Assembly: GCF_006345805.1 (NCBI RefSeq) | Contig: NC_042999.1 | Span: 120,156,001-120,220,000 of the forward strand | DNA from: Octopus sinensis | Lineage: Eukaryota | Direction: 5' to 3' | DNA length: 64,000 bases | Part shown: piece after piece, positions 51,910 to 63,054 of the stretch | Layout of the letters: the number at the start of each line of letters is the position of its first letter | Numbering within the stretch: the stretch's first letter is position 1 | Notes under the pieces: model-generated | Databases searched by the model: none | What the model saw: the letters and a program-made list of their open reading frames with translations, nothing else | What the model was told of the DNA's origin: nothing | Program-made: the position numbers and the translations under genes

Positions 51910-52751
51910 TGTGTTCTTTCGAGCTGATATCTCATCACCGATTTTTATGTACCTCTGACTAATATTAATGCACTTCGTTTTCTCAAAACCTATATTTCCT
52001 AGAAATCATATTTTGAATATAGAAAATCCTATAAAACTACCAACCATTCTTCAATGGCGGATTGTGTTTCTCTTGGATGACTGCATAAGAAAAATCCGAT
52101 ATTATTGTTTGCTGCAGTAAAGCCTTCATGATGCTTGAATTATGAAAGAGAACATCCTTGTGTTCTGAGTACAAAGAAGGTTTTGTTAAGCGACACTGAC
52201 AATATATATGACAATAACCGGATGGTCTTAATTTTGATTTTGTTTACTGATCCGTCTACTTTGTTATACATGCTGATTTTCTGATCACATTGTGTCTTAC
52301 AAGTAATATTTTTCCAGCCTAAGAGACTAGACTTTGTGTTACTTTCAATAATACTGCATCTGTATTCGTTGTCCACCTAAGTCACATTCTCTCTAAAAAC
52401 GTCTATTCATTAATAACAACTCATTGACTTTCAGACTCGGTGTACTAAATTAAGTTCGATGTAATAAACTTCAGCGTCATTTATTCATAGGAAAACAATA
52501 AGTATACAGGAAATAACTGGACAAATAAAACTATCAGAGTAATAAAGATTTTATCGGATTTTCATTGAGACTATATTTCAATCTATACATTCACTTATAC
52601 AAATATATATAAGCTTATGCGTATACATAATGTGTGCGTATATACATACACACTTATATATATATTAATATATATATTTATATATATGCATACATATATA
52701 TATACATATATATGTATATATAAACATATAAGTATGTATATATCCATATGC

Positions 52752-53095
52752 CTGTGGGTAAGCAGCTTGCTTCGCAACCACATGGTTCCGAGTCCAGTCC
52801 CACTGCGTGGCACCTTGGGCAAGTGTCGTCTACTATAGCTTCGGGACGACCAAAGCCTCGTGAGTGGATATGGTAGACGGAAACTAAAAGAAGCCCGTCG
52901 TAAATATTGATATACATATGTGTGAGTGTGCGTGTGTGTATATGTTGTATATGTGTGTCCCTCAACATCACTCGATGTTTACGTCACTGTAACGTAGCGG
53001 TTCGGCAAAAGAACCGATAGAACAAGGCCTAGGTATACGAAGAATAAGCGGTGCTCCAGCATTGCCGTAGTCAAAATAACAGCAATAAGTAAAAT
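52752..53095 (+). mobile_element. Octopus-type tRNA-derived SINE
   Basis: Same family body as 48416-48840, more diverged. Confidence 0.85.
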
Positions 53096-53197
53096 AATAA
53101 AAAAATAAAAGAATATATATATGTGAGTGTGTGTGTATGTATGCACACACAGAGGGAAAGAGAGAGTTAAATATTATATAACAACATATATAAGTAA

Positions 53198-53232
<35 letters not shown>

Positions 53233-53763
53233 GACAGACACAAACACGCATTCTTGTATGTTGGCGAGGTGGATATGGCGCTTTGGAAAGACACCACAAT
53301 GCAAATGCGATGAGATTATTTATGAATATAAACAAAAGCAAAGAAGATCAATGACTCAAAAACAACTATAACATATTTTTAAAATAATATATTTCGCGTA
53401 AAATTCCACTTTATCGAAGCGTTCAGAGAATTATAAGAACATAAGAAAGTTTCACTTTGTTGACGAGACTTTCTTCCGTCTCCTCCCCTCTCTCCCTCAC
53501 ACACACACACACACACACACACACTCTCTCTCTCTTTCTGAATACACACACACGGTCTCTTTCTTTCTCTCTCTCTCTATATATATATAAACACACACAC
53601 ACACTAATACCTTTAATTTTTTAGCTTTTACTCGTTTCTGTTATTCATACACACACGCACACACACACACACACACATGCGCGTCTTTTTCAGGGCACCG
53701 GTGAAAATAGTGGGAGAGAACAATGTGATTAGGAAGCAAACTCCTTTCTACATTACATATATA

Positions 53764-53821
<58 letters not shown>

Positions 53822-53910
53822 GTGTGTGTATATGTATATATGCATGTATGTATACACATACACACGGATACACACACATGGACACGCACACACACATACA
53901 TACATATGTA

Positions 53911-54250
53911 CTGGGTTGTCCGGAAAGTTCATGCCCATTTATAGTAGCTTACTTTTCGACTTATTTTAGAACATGGTTGAGTCCATAAAATAGGATTTGA
54001 CTACACCTCCATTTAGAGCAAAGTTTAAGCTATATTTTCGTGGAAGAAGGTTTATGTTCCTATAAACTGAGTTCATTTTGTAACCCTTTAAAATGGAAGA
54101 TAAGAAAGTTCATTTTCGGCACTTGATGCTTTGGGAACCAGACAAAAATTGCTGCAGCTCAGCTGGGATGTGTTACCCCTCCCTCCTTATTCACAAGATA
54201 TTGCTCCTTCGGATTTCCACTTATTCAGGTCTCTGCAGAATATTGCCGTT
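53911..54250 (+). mobile_element. Internally deleted mariner remnant (left TIR, N-terminus, DDD segment)
   Basis: TA|CTGGGTTGTCCGGAAAGTT terminus; MEDKKVHFRHLMLWE joined to QKLLQLSWDVLPLPPYSQDIAPSDFHLFRSLQN (cf. mariner HPPYSPDLAPSDYHLF); right TIR not found. Confidence 0.85.
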
Positions 54251-54282
54251 GCTCCAATTTCCTCAGCTGGCAAAAATGAGGA

Positions 54283-54361
54283 TTCTATGTCACGCTGAAT
54301 CTTCCAGTGGATTGCTCAGCCCCTTGCAAGTTAATTTCACGAGCAAGCTGTTCTGTTGATC
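54283..54361 (+). mobile_element. SINE fragment, truncated at the tRNA/LINE junction
   Basis: Homologous to 41575-41700; homology stops after TTGATCG. Confidence 0.75.
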
Positions 54362-54424
54362 GTGTAACGGTTAGCATGGTTGCCTTCCAAGCAGTCGATC
54401 CGGGTTCGGCTCCCGGCCGACGCA
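54362..54424 (+). tRNA. tRNA-Gly(TCC) pseudogene, positions 10-73 only
   Basis: GTGT aacggtta GCAT g GTTGC cttccaa GCAGT cgat CCGGG ttcggct CCCGG CCGACGC A; anticodon TCC at 54386-54388; 5' acceptor strand missing, A58 replaced by G, no CCA. Confidence 0.85.
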
Positions 54425-54756
54425 GGCGGTAGTTACTACAACAGCAGCCACCATAATACAACACCACCACAACCACCAATATCTCAAACAAGGAATCCCC
54501 AAATCTGCCGCTATTCCCAGCGAGACAGATTGTGTCTGCACAGGGATTGCCCCTTTACCCATCTCCCGGGGACTCGTCGGACATTTAAAGATAACCACTC
54601 ACATAAAAATAGCCGCGGCCACAGTCACCTGCGGTTCCCTAGACAGGAAACCACCTCTTCTTCCTCTTTTTTAGCTATAATGAATCTAGCAAAAGAACTG
54701 GAAAAAAACATCCGAGCTATCACCCACCACCATCCACCACAAATACCCCACTGCAC

Positions 54757-55734
54757 ATGCCATTAAAAAGCAATCAAATAAACAAATCACCAAAACAATT
54801 AAAACCATCCACTCTCGCCTCAACATTTCTGCTTAATGCCCAAGGCATCAGCCCTTCCACCAATACACAAAAATGGAAGATAAGATTCCTGGAGGACTGG
54901 GTCGAGGCCCATCCAAACCACATCCCTTTCTTCGTCCTCACTGAAACCCATCTTAGTGACCTCCACTTGGAAGCCGAGGTGAAAGTTAAAAATTTCAAAA
55001 CCATTCGTGCTGATCGTGCTGGCAGAAGAAAGGGTGGGACTGCCATTTATGTCCATGATTCATTCTCAACAGAAGCCATGAACATATTTTCGAATGGATA
55101 CTGCGAAGCAGTCGCTGTATTCAGTCAAACCAACAACGTAACAGTAGTTGGGCTCTACAGACCACCCCAAACGCCCCTACCATGCTTCAAGGAATGCCTC
55201 AACAGCATAAAGTGTTTCATTCAGCAGTGTCAACCTGACAACATTTTAATGATGGGAGACTTCAACCTTCCCAGGGTTGACTGGTCTACAAACAGTCTGT
55301 CGCCAGGTTCTTCTCTCTCAACCCCTGACAGGGAGGCAGTGGAATCGCTTCTTGACTTCATGGATGACTTCTTCTTGTCCCAACTGGTACTCGAACCAAC
55401 GAGATGTCACAAAAACGTCTTAGACTTAATTTTCAGCAATCACACTGATACTATCCACAATATTGCAGTGGAGAAAACCCTACTCTCCGACCATGACATG
55501 GTTCTCTGTGATCTGAGATTTCACTGGCCAAAATGCAAAACAAATGTCATCCCTCCTGTTCATCCATTTGACACTATGGATTTCCACAATGCAAACTGGG
55601 AAGCGATCAATAATGATCTTGCACAAGTCGATTGGTCCTTCACGCACACATACACACCCACTAACATTAAAAAGTCCTGGCATCATGAACATATGTGCAA
55701 GACACACCCCATTAAGATCTGCAAACAAATCTAA
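54757..55734 (+). CDS. LINE apurinic/apyrimidinic-type endonuclease domain
   Basis: LNAQGI, LTETHL, GGTAIYV, GLYRPP, GDFNLP, LDLIF, SDHDMV. Confidence 0.9.
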   Translation: MPLKSNQINKSPKQLKPSTLASTFLLNAQGISPSTNTQKWKIRFLEDWVEAHPNHIPFFVLTETHLSDLHLEAEVKVKNFKTIRADRAGRRKGGTAIYVHDSFSTEAMNIFSNGYCEAVAVFSQTNNVTVVGLYRPPQTPLPCFKECLNSIKCFIQQCQPDNILMMGDFNLPRVDWSTNSLSPGSSLSTPDREAVESLLDFMDDFFLSQLVLEPTRCHKNVLDLIFSNHTDTIHNIAVEKTLLSDHDMVLCDLRFHWPKCKTNVIPPVHPFDTMDFHNANWEAINNDLAQVDWSFTHTYTPTNIKKSWHHEHMCKTHPIKICKQI

Positions 55735-57757
55735 GTGTCGAATCCCTAGAAATAGAAAACCTCTCATAAGGAAAATTAAAAGAATCAACAAAAAGATCAA
55801 CATGCTGAAATACTGTCAACAGCAACACACCAACCTGACTGCCATCTCGTCGCTAGAGATTAAAAAACATAAACTCCAAAACAACATGATGTCTATCATC
55901 AATAGTCAGCGAAGAGCTGAAGAGGCCTGGGCCATTGAGAAGATCAAACTCAATCCCAAAGTGTTCTTTTCATTTGCAAAAAAACACAGAGTCACTGGTT
56001 CTACTGTTGGCCCTCTGATTGATGAAAATGGTACTCTTCAAGACAATGCCAAAACCATGGGAGAGATATTGCAGAAACAATATTGCTCTGTTTTCAGCAA
56101 TCCTGATATGACTGATCTGGGCTGTATCAGTGATGTTACTCCCCAATACACTTTATCGGACATAACATTTGGCGCTCCTGATGTCTTAGCAGCAATAAAG
56201 GAAATGAAGCATAATTCAGCAGTAGGTCCCGATAGGTTCCCTGCTTGTGTCTTGAAGATGTGTCAAAACCAACTTGCACCCCCTCTAGTCAATCTGTGGC
56301 GAAACTCACTGGATGCTGGATATATACCAGAGGACCTTCTATCCCAGTCTGTTGTCCCAGTTTTCAAAAAAGGAAACAAATCGCTTGCCGTGAATTACCG
56401 TCCAATCTCACTCACCTCTCATATCCTCAAGGTATTTGAGAGGGTGCTGAGATCGCGTATGACTCACTTCCTTGAGAGTCATAATATGCTGAACCCCAAC
56501 CAGCATGGATTCCGTAATGGGAGAGATTGCCTGACGCAGCTACTGCATCATTTTGATGACATTTTGAGGGCCTTGGGAGAAGGTTCCAACACTGATGTCA
56601 TCTACCTTGATTTCAGCAAGGCCTTTGATAGGGTTGATCATAAGATCCTTCTGAGAAAGCTGTCCAATATTGGTGTCACTGGAAAGTTGCTGCAGTGGAT
56701 CAAGTGCTTCCTGTCTAACAGAACCCAACATGTTGTAGTCGAAGGAGTCAAATCCAGCCCAGCCAAAGTCAGCAGTGGTGTCCCACAAGGCACTGTGTTG
56801 GGCCCACTTCTCTTCATCATCTACATAAATAATATTACTGATACCATCAAACACAGTAACATCAGAACCTTCGCTGATGACTCCAAGCTCCAGAAGGTCA
56901 TCAATGGCGTGGATGACCGAATAAACCTTCAGTCAGACCTACTGGCTGTTGTCCAATGGGCGGAAAAGAATGACATGTTGCTAAATGAAGACAAATTTGA
57001 ACTGATCCACTTTGGAAGGGAGGACGCTCTGAAACTCCCATACTCTCTTCCTTCTGGAGAAATTCTCATGGCCTCCAACAACATCAGAGACCTGGGAGTA
57101 ACAGTGGACAACAACATAAGCTGGGCTACACATATAAGCAGCAAAGTTGACATGGCCCGCAGAATGTGTTCCTGGATTCTCAGAACCTTCCAGTCGAGAG
57201 ATTTCCACGCTATTATCCTTCTCTTCTCCACTTTTGCCCGATCCCACCTTGAATACTGCTGTCCACTGTGGTCTCCCTACACAAAACAAAATATTATGAG
57301 AATTGAAGCTCCCCAAAGGTCAATCACAAAAAAGATAGATGGCATGTCAGACCTTGACTACTGGGGTAGACTAGAGAAGCTGAAACTGTATTCACTCCAA
57401 CGACGCCGTGAACGCTACATTATCTGTATGATGTGGAAAATATTCCACCAGCACTGTCCGAATGATGTTGGCATCACCTTCAAAATGCATCCAAGGCTTG
57501 GACCACGTGCCATCCGTCCACAACAAAAATCTAAATCGCATCACATAATGACAATACGGCACAACTATTTCACCTCAATTGGACCTGCTCTCTTCAACAT
57601 TACACCAGGGCACGTCAAAAAAGAAACTGACCACACAAAATTCAAGAAGTCTTTGGACAAATTCCTTCAAACAGTACCGGACAAACCACCCACACCCGGA
57701 TATGTCTCCGCAAACAATAACTCTCTGCTCGAATGGGCCTTGGTGCCCAAATCCTGA
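55544..57757 (+). CDS. LINE reverse transcriptase (continuation of ORF2 after a frameshift)
   Basis: GPDRFP, NYRPISLTS, QHGFR, YLDFSKAFDRVDH, GVPQGTVLGPLLF, FADD, LYSLQRRRER. Confidence 0.92.
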   Translation: MSSLLFIHLTLWISTMQTGKRSIMILHKSIGPSRTHTHPLTLKSPGIMNICARHTPLRSANKSKCRIPRNRKPLIRKIKRINKKINMLKYCQQQHTNLTAISSLEIKKHKLQNNMMSIINSQRRAEEAWAIEKIKLNPKVFFSFAKKHRVTGSTVGPLIDENGTLQDNAKTMGEILQKQYCSVFSNPDMTDLGCISDVTPQYTLSDITFGAPDVLAAIKEMKHNSAVGPDRFPACVLKMCQNQLAPPLVNLWRNSLDAGYIPEDLLSQSVVPVFKKGNKSLAVNYRPISLTSHILKVFERVLRSRMTHFLESHNMLNPNQHGFRNGRDCLTQLLHHFDDILRALGEGSNTDVIYLDFSKAFDRVDHKILLRKLSNIGVTGKLLQWIKCFLSNRTQHVVVEGVKSSPAKVSSGVPQGTVLGPLLFIIYINNITDTIKHSNIRTFADDSKLQKVINGVDDRINLQSDLLAVVQWAEKNDMLLNEDKFELIHFGREDALKLPYSLPSGEILMASNNIRDLGVTVDNNISWATHISSKVDMARRMCSWILRTFQSRDFHAIILLFSTFARSHLEYCCPLWSPYTKQNIMRIEAPQRSITKKIDGMSDLDYWGRLEKLKLYSLQRRRERYIICMMWKIFHQHCPNDVGITFKMHPRLGPRAIRPQQKSKSHHIMTIRHNYFTSIGPALFNITPGHVKKETDHTKFKKSLDKFLQTVPDKPPTPGYVSANNNSLLEWALVPKS

Positions 57758-57988
57758 ACTGAAAGACTTCACCAGGTGGTGCTATTAAGTTAGACATGGC
57801 CTGGGCCAATACTGGCCAAAACCTTTCTAAGTTATTCTAAGTTATATATATATATATATATGTTCCCAGGCGAAGAATGTACCCCACCACATAGACTGGT
57901 AGTTAGTGACTTTAGGATCAGGACTAAGAGGGCGACTAGAAGACGACCAACATGGAGAAGAAGGGTCTGGAAGCTTAAAGACCCTGCG

Positions 57989-58587
57989 ACACCAACTAAT
58001 ACATACTAATACGTACTAATACATACTAATACATACTAATACATACACCAACCCTATACATACACACGTCCAGACCCCTCATACGCACTTATACTCTCTC
58101 ATACACACACACACACACTTATACATACTAATACATACACCAACCCCATACATACGCACGTCCAGACCAATCCTACGCACTAATACTCTCTCATACACAC
58201 ACACACACCCTTATACATACTAATACATACACCAACCCTATACATACACACGTCCAGACCCCTCCTACGCACTATTAGCTGGTCCTTCAACCCTATTATC
58301 AACCCTATTATCAACCCTATTATCTCCCCTTATTTCGCTCTCGCGTCTCATGTTTGATCTTTGACCTCAGATCGCCATGTTGATTCGTTAGCTACTGCAC
58401 GCATTTTTTTCTCTCCTTCTTTCTGTGTTTTTTCTCTCTGTGTATCTTTCTGTTGAAGAGCGTAGGCTCGAAACGTTAAAGACTTGTTTTATTTATATTT
58501 CCTGAGCGCCATACTAATACAATTGTTCGTTTGTTTTCCACCTGCCTTCGTCTTTTGTCTATTTTCATAAAGCTTCCCGTTATATAT
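57989..58587 (+). repeat. PLE left direct repeat (pLTR)
   Basis: (ACTAATACAT)n, three ~100 bp tandem subunits, hammerhead motif, ends AAGCTTCCCGT-(TA). Confidence 0.92.
58445..58482 (+). ncRNA. Minimal type I hammerhead motif, CUGUUGA-A variant
   Basis: TCTTT-CTGTTGA-A-GAG cgtagg CTC-GAA-ACGT-T-AAAGA: 5 bp stem I, 3 bp stem II, palindromic ACGT stem III. Confidence 0.7.
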
Positions 58588-59690
58588 TATGCGCTCACGT
58601 GGTCTCACTTTCATCCTATATTCTACCAATACCACTATCAACACTTACCTCTACCTTGGATTTTCTTTACCTCTTGGATACTTACCATTGGCTGCACCCC
58701 TTTTTCGCGGATCAAAGTGACTTTGCATTGATGTGAAATCCTTAAAAAATATACCACGACGTCTACACATTTCTCACCTTGAACTTTCAACCTTGAACTT
58801 GTTCGCATAAACTATCCCGTTTGTTGTATTTTATTTTCTCTTATATTACCACTTTTTTTACATTCATTTCATGCTTTCCACATTTTCCTGCATTTTTGTT
58901 CTCCTTTCCGTCTTTGGATGTCCATACTCCGTTTCCTCTGCCTGCACCCCCTTTTTTGCCTCCCCCTCTCTCTGCTTCCCTTCTTTCTTTCCCTTTTCCG
59001 TTTGCCCCGTCTTTTCTGCCCCTATCGCTTACTTATCTAGTTTTTTCATACGATTATTATTTTTTAGTTTTTTTGAACGTTTGTTTTTTCTCCTTTTTTC
59101 GCTATCCTTTTTTTCTATTTTTTTCATACGATAATTTTTGTTTTTTGTTTTTTTTGTTTTTTCGAACGTTTTTTTTCCGCTATCCATCATGCCGGATCCT
59201 AGGTCCTACCTCCTCACCCTCCATCACCGTTTGAAGGATCATCTCCGTTCTCTTCCTGTATATGCCTTCAGCCGTCCGTTAATCTCTCTCTACTTTTTTT
59301 AAAAAACCCGCTTCTCTAGCCATGTCTCTTTCCTAAGCCGCTGCCTACATCACCGACTCATCCCTAAAGGTTTCCGCCTCCACTTCCACCCTGCTCTCCA
59401 CTCGGATTCTTCCATCTTACCCATACTCCGCACCACATCTTACCGCCTTATGCGGGCCACCATTCGCTCCAATCTCTCCAAACTACATGCCATCAACCGC
59501 CTTCTTCCTCCTGCTTTCTCCACCTTCTTCTCCTCTCTGCCGCTCTCTATGCTCCAAACACGCTACGCTTCATTATCCATTTGAATCAACTCTTCCATCA
59601 ATTTCTTTCTGATACCAAACTTCGTAAACTCCAATCACTCTTCCATTCCACCCTACCCGACGCCACTACCCCAACTCCTCCACCACCCTT

Positions 59691-59799
59691 CTCCCCTCCC
59701 GATAGGCTCCATCCACCCACACCTAACCCCACTGCCCCTCCCTACAACCCCTCTCCCTCCCGATAGGCTCCATCCACCTACACCTAACCCTACTGCCCC
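59691..59799 (+). repeat. 61 bp-period tandem duplication inside the PLE ORF (Pro-rich)
   Basis: GATAGGCTCCATCCACC.ACACCTAACCC.ACTGCCCC at 59701 and 59762. Confidence 0.9.
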
Positions 59800-60671
59800 G
59801 CCCAACCACCCCCACACACCTCCCCAATCCCTCCCCCTCAGACCTCCACGAGACCTACCACCCCTCCTACTTCTATTCCACCCACCCCTTCTCCACTTCC
59901 GTCTGTTGTTACCATTCCCCCCGATCTTCCTCTCTCTGCGGCTGAACGCTCCGTCCTTGGTAGGGGTCTGCGTTTCATCCCCCTCACTCCATCCTGTAAG
60001 GAATTCCAGACGCGAGTTGATGTCCACAGCTTTGTGCGTCGTGTCCGGTTGGGTGCGCATTACCACGACTCGCCACCCACACCCAACGAAGAGGACTGCT
60101 TCACTGGCCTGGGCCGCCGACCATCCCCGTGGACGCCTGCCCCTGGCCAGATCCTAGCAGTGGATCTTTTCGCGGGCGCTTGTCAGCGTGCATTGGAGCG
60201 GTTCAACTTCTCCAGGCGCCAACGCCGCCTCAACATCTCCCCGGCTGAGCTCTTGGCTCTTCGTTCCCTCCAACGGCGCGCTGACATTATCATCAAACCG
60301 GCTGACAAGGGTGGAGCTGTAGTGGTGTGGCGCGCGGACCTCTATAGGGCCGAGGCTTTCCGCCAACTCAATGACACCTCCTTCTATTCCCCTCTGCCCT
60401 CTAACCCCACACGTAGCTACCAACAGACGGTATCCTCTACTGTCCACGACCTCATCTCGTCCTCCCGTCTCCCCGCACCGCATCCAACCTAATTGTGCGA
60501 ACCCCACGTACCCCCACCATTACTTCCTCCCCAAAATCCACAAACCCAACAACCCTGGCCGCCCCATCGTCTCCGCCTGTAACTGCCCCACGGAGCTCAT
60601 CTCTAAATACCTCGACCGTGTCCTTGCCCCCCTAGTGGCATCTCTTCCCTCCCACATCCACGATACCAACC

Positions 60672-61571
60672 ATGCTCTCCGGCTTTTCAACTCTTTCCCC
60701 TTTCCTCCCGGCTCCTCCAAAATCCTTTTTACAAAGCCTCTACACTGTTATCCCTCACCACGAAGGACTGCAGGCCCTTCGACACTTTCTTGACCTCCGC
60801 TCTAACCCTGTACCTGACACCTCCACACTCATTCGTCTGGCCGAACTTGTCCTTACTCTGAACTGCTTCTCGTTCGCGGGCGAGTTCTACCATCAGGTCT
60901 CGGGAGTGGCCATGGGAACGCGAATGGGCCCCAACTATGCGAACCTGTTCGTTGGCTATGTTGAGGCCCAAATATTCTCTAATTTCACTGGTCCCACTCC
61001 TGAACTATATGGTCGTTACATTGACGACATTATCGGTGCCACCTCACTCTCCCGCGAACATCTAGATTCCTTCCTCTCTTTCGTCCAATCTTTCCATCCA
61101 GCCCTCCACTTCACTTCCACTATCTCCAACACCTCTGTCTCCTTCCTCGACATTTCGGTTAGCATTCTTCACTCCACTCTTACCACCTCCATTCACTACA
61201 AACACACAGACTCACACTCATACCTCAACTTCTCTTCCTCCCACCCAGAACACACCAAGCTTTCCATCCCCTATTCCCAATTCCTCCGTCTACGTAGGCT
61301 CTGTAGTGACGACCATGACTTTGAGACTCAGTCTCAACGTATGGCTCACCACTTCACCCTACGTGGATACCCCCTCACCACTATCCACACCGCCCTTGCC
61401 ACAGCACGGTCCGTGGACCGTGCATCTGCTCTCTCTCCCCGAACCCGCCCTGTAGTCTCCCGCCTCCCTTTTCCCCTCACTTACCACCCCACGACCCTAC
61501 GTCTCCAACGCACCATTCTTCGAGCTTTCCGTCATCTCCAGTCCGACCCGTCCACTTCACACCTTCCCTAA
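60672..61571 (+). CDS. PLE reverse transcriptase core (open segment)
   Basis: [54 protein letters not shown]. Confidence 0.9.
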   Translation: MLSGFSTLSPFLPAPPKSFLQSLYTVIPHHEGLQALRHFLDLRSNPVPDTSTLIRLAELVLTLNCFSFAGEFYHQVSGVAMGTRMGPNYANLFVGYVEAQIFSNFTGPTPELYGRYIDDIIGATSLSREHLDSFLSFVQSFHPALHFTSTISNTSVSFLDISVSILHSTLTTSIHYKHTDSHSYLNFSSSHPEHTKLSIPYSQFLRLRRLCSDDHDFETQSQRMAHHFTLRGYPLTTIHTALATARSVDRASALSPRTRPVVSRLPFPLTYHPTTLRLQRTILRAFRHLQSDPSTSHLP

Positions 61572-61617
61572 CCGACCCCTCCCCTCTTTCAAACGAGCCC
61601 ACAACCTTCGAGACCTT

Positions 61618-62073
61618 TTGGTCCATAGCTCCTTCCCTGACCCTACCTCCCAACCCGGCTCGTTCCCCTGCTCCCGCCCACGTTGCCGCACTTGCCCTTA
61701 CCTCTCCAACACCACCCGCCTCACTACCACCCACCATCGACCCTATCCCATCATCCACTCCTTCACCTGCACCTCCAGCAATATTATCTATTGCGTCTCT
61801 TGCTCTCTCTGCAATTCCTTGTACATCGGACAAACGGGACGCCGCTTGGCTGACCGGTTCGCGGAACACCTTCGTGACATCCACCTTGCGAACGACACAC
61901 CGGTCTCACGTCATTTCCGCTCCACCGGTCACTCCTTGCAACACCTATCTGTGTTCGGTTTGTCCTTACACAGAGGCCATCCGGATTCCCGTTTGCGCCG
62001 TGAACAGGAATTAATCTTCTCTCTTCGCTCTTATACGCCATTTGGTCTCAACTCTCCACCCCTCCTCATCTAA
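61618..62073 (+). CDS. PLE GIY-YIG endonuclease with upstream Cys-rich linker
   Basis: PCSRPRCRTC, NIIYCVSCSLCNSLYIGQTGRRLADRFAEH, REQELI..L...P.GLN. Confidence 0.9.
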   Translation: MVHSSFPDPTSQPGSFPCSRPRCRTCPYLSNTTRLTTTHHRPYPIIHSFTCTSSNIIYCVSCSLCNSLYIGQTGRRLADRFAEHLRDIHLANDTPVSRHFRSTGHSLQHLSVFGLSLHRGHPDSRLRREQELIFSLRSYTPFGLNSPPLLI

Positions 62074-62424
62074 CCCCCCTCTCCCCCCTCCTCACCTATC
62101 CTTTCCCCCCCGACCCCTACTTCTTCAGTCCTTCATCCTTTCACCCCTACTCCCCTTCCCTTCATCCCTCTTTCTCCCTCCCTCCTTCCCTCTCCCCTTC
62201 CCTCTGCTCCCTCACTCCCTCACTCCCCCTTCTCTCTCCCATTCTCCCTCGTTCCCCTATTCCTCACCCTCTTCCTTCCCTCCCCCTCCCCTCCCCTCCC
62301 TCTTCCCCCTCCTTCCCCCTCCTCTTCCCATCTCCATTCCCCCCCTCTCTCCCCCTCCCCTCTCTCCTCACTACACCACACGACTTTAACATCACATGAT
62401 ATATGATGTGCCATACTAATACAT

Positions 62425-63054
62425 ACACCAACTAATACATACTAATACGTACTAATACATACTAATACATACTAATACATACACCAACCCTATACATACA
62501 CACGTCCAGACCCCTCATACGCACTTATACTCTCTCATACACACACCACACACATTATACATACTAATACGTACTAATACATACTAATACATACACCAAC
62601 CCCATACATACGCACGTCCAGACCAATCCTACGCACTAATACTCTCTCATACACACACACACACACACACCCACCCTTATACATACTAATACATACACCA
62701 ACCCTATACATACACACGTCCAGACCCCTCCTACGCACTATTAGCTGGTCCTTCAACCCTATTATCAACCCTATTATCTCCCCTTATTTCGCTCTCGCGT
62801 CTCATGTTTGATCTTTGACCTCTGGCCGAAATCAGATCGCCATGTTGATTCGTTAGCTACTGCACGCATTTTTTTCTCTCCTTCTTTCTGTGTTTTTTTT
62901 CTCTCTGTGTATCTTTCTGTTGAAGAGCGTAGGCTCGAAACGTTAAAGACTTGTTTTATTTATATTTCCTGAGCGCCATACTAATACAATTGTTCGTTTG
63001 TTTTCTATCTGCATTCGTCTTTTGTCTATTTTCATAAAGCTTCCCGTTATATAT
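62425..63054 (+). repeat. PLE right direct repeat (pLTR)
   Basis: Near-identical to 57989-58587 apart from microsatellite length changes, a few substitutions and an extra 11 nt (TGGCCGAAATC). Confidence 0.92.
62912..62949 (+). ncRNA. Minimal type I hammerhead motif, CUGUUGA-A variant (second copy)
   Basis: Identical to 58445-58482. Confidence 0.7.

Larger units (their letters stand above)
54425..57843 (+). mobile_element. CR1/L2-group LINE, 5'-truncated in ORF1, ORF2 with one frameshift
   Basis: ORF1 tail with CCCH finger; APE (54757..55734); RT (55544..57757); 3' UTR ends CTAAGTTATT-CTAAGT-(TA)n. Confidence 0.9.
57989..63054 (+). mobile_element. Near-complete Penelope-like element (Neptune-type) with two ~600 bp direct repeats
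   Basis: Repeats 57989-58587 and 62425-63054; ORF from ATG 59189 (HVSFLSRCLHHRLIPKGF), RT ([36 protein letters not shown]), CxxxxCxxC linker, GIY-YIG (IIYCVSC..LYIGQTGRRLADRFAEH); several frameshifts. Confidence 0.95.

Noticed and set aside
57860-57988. Possible RTE 3' peptide (RTKRATRRRPTWRR)
   Set aside because: Too short to assign.
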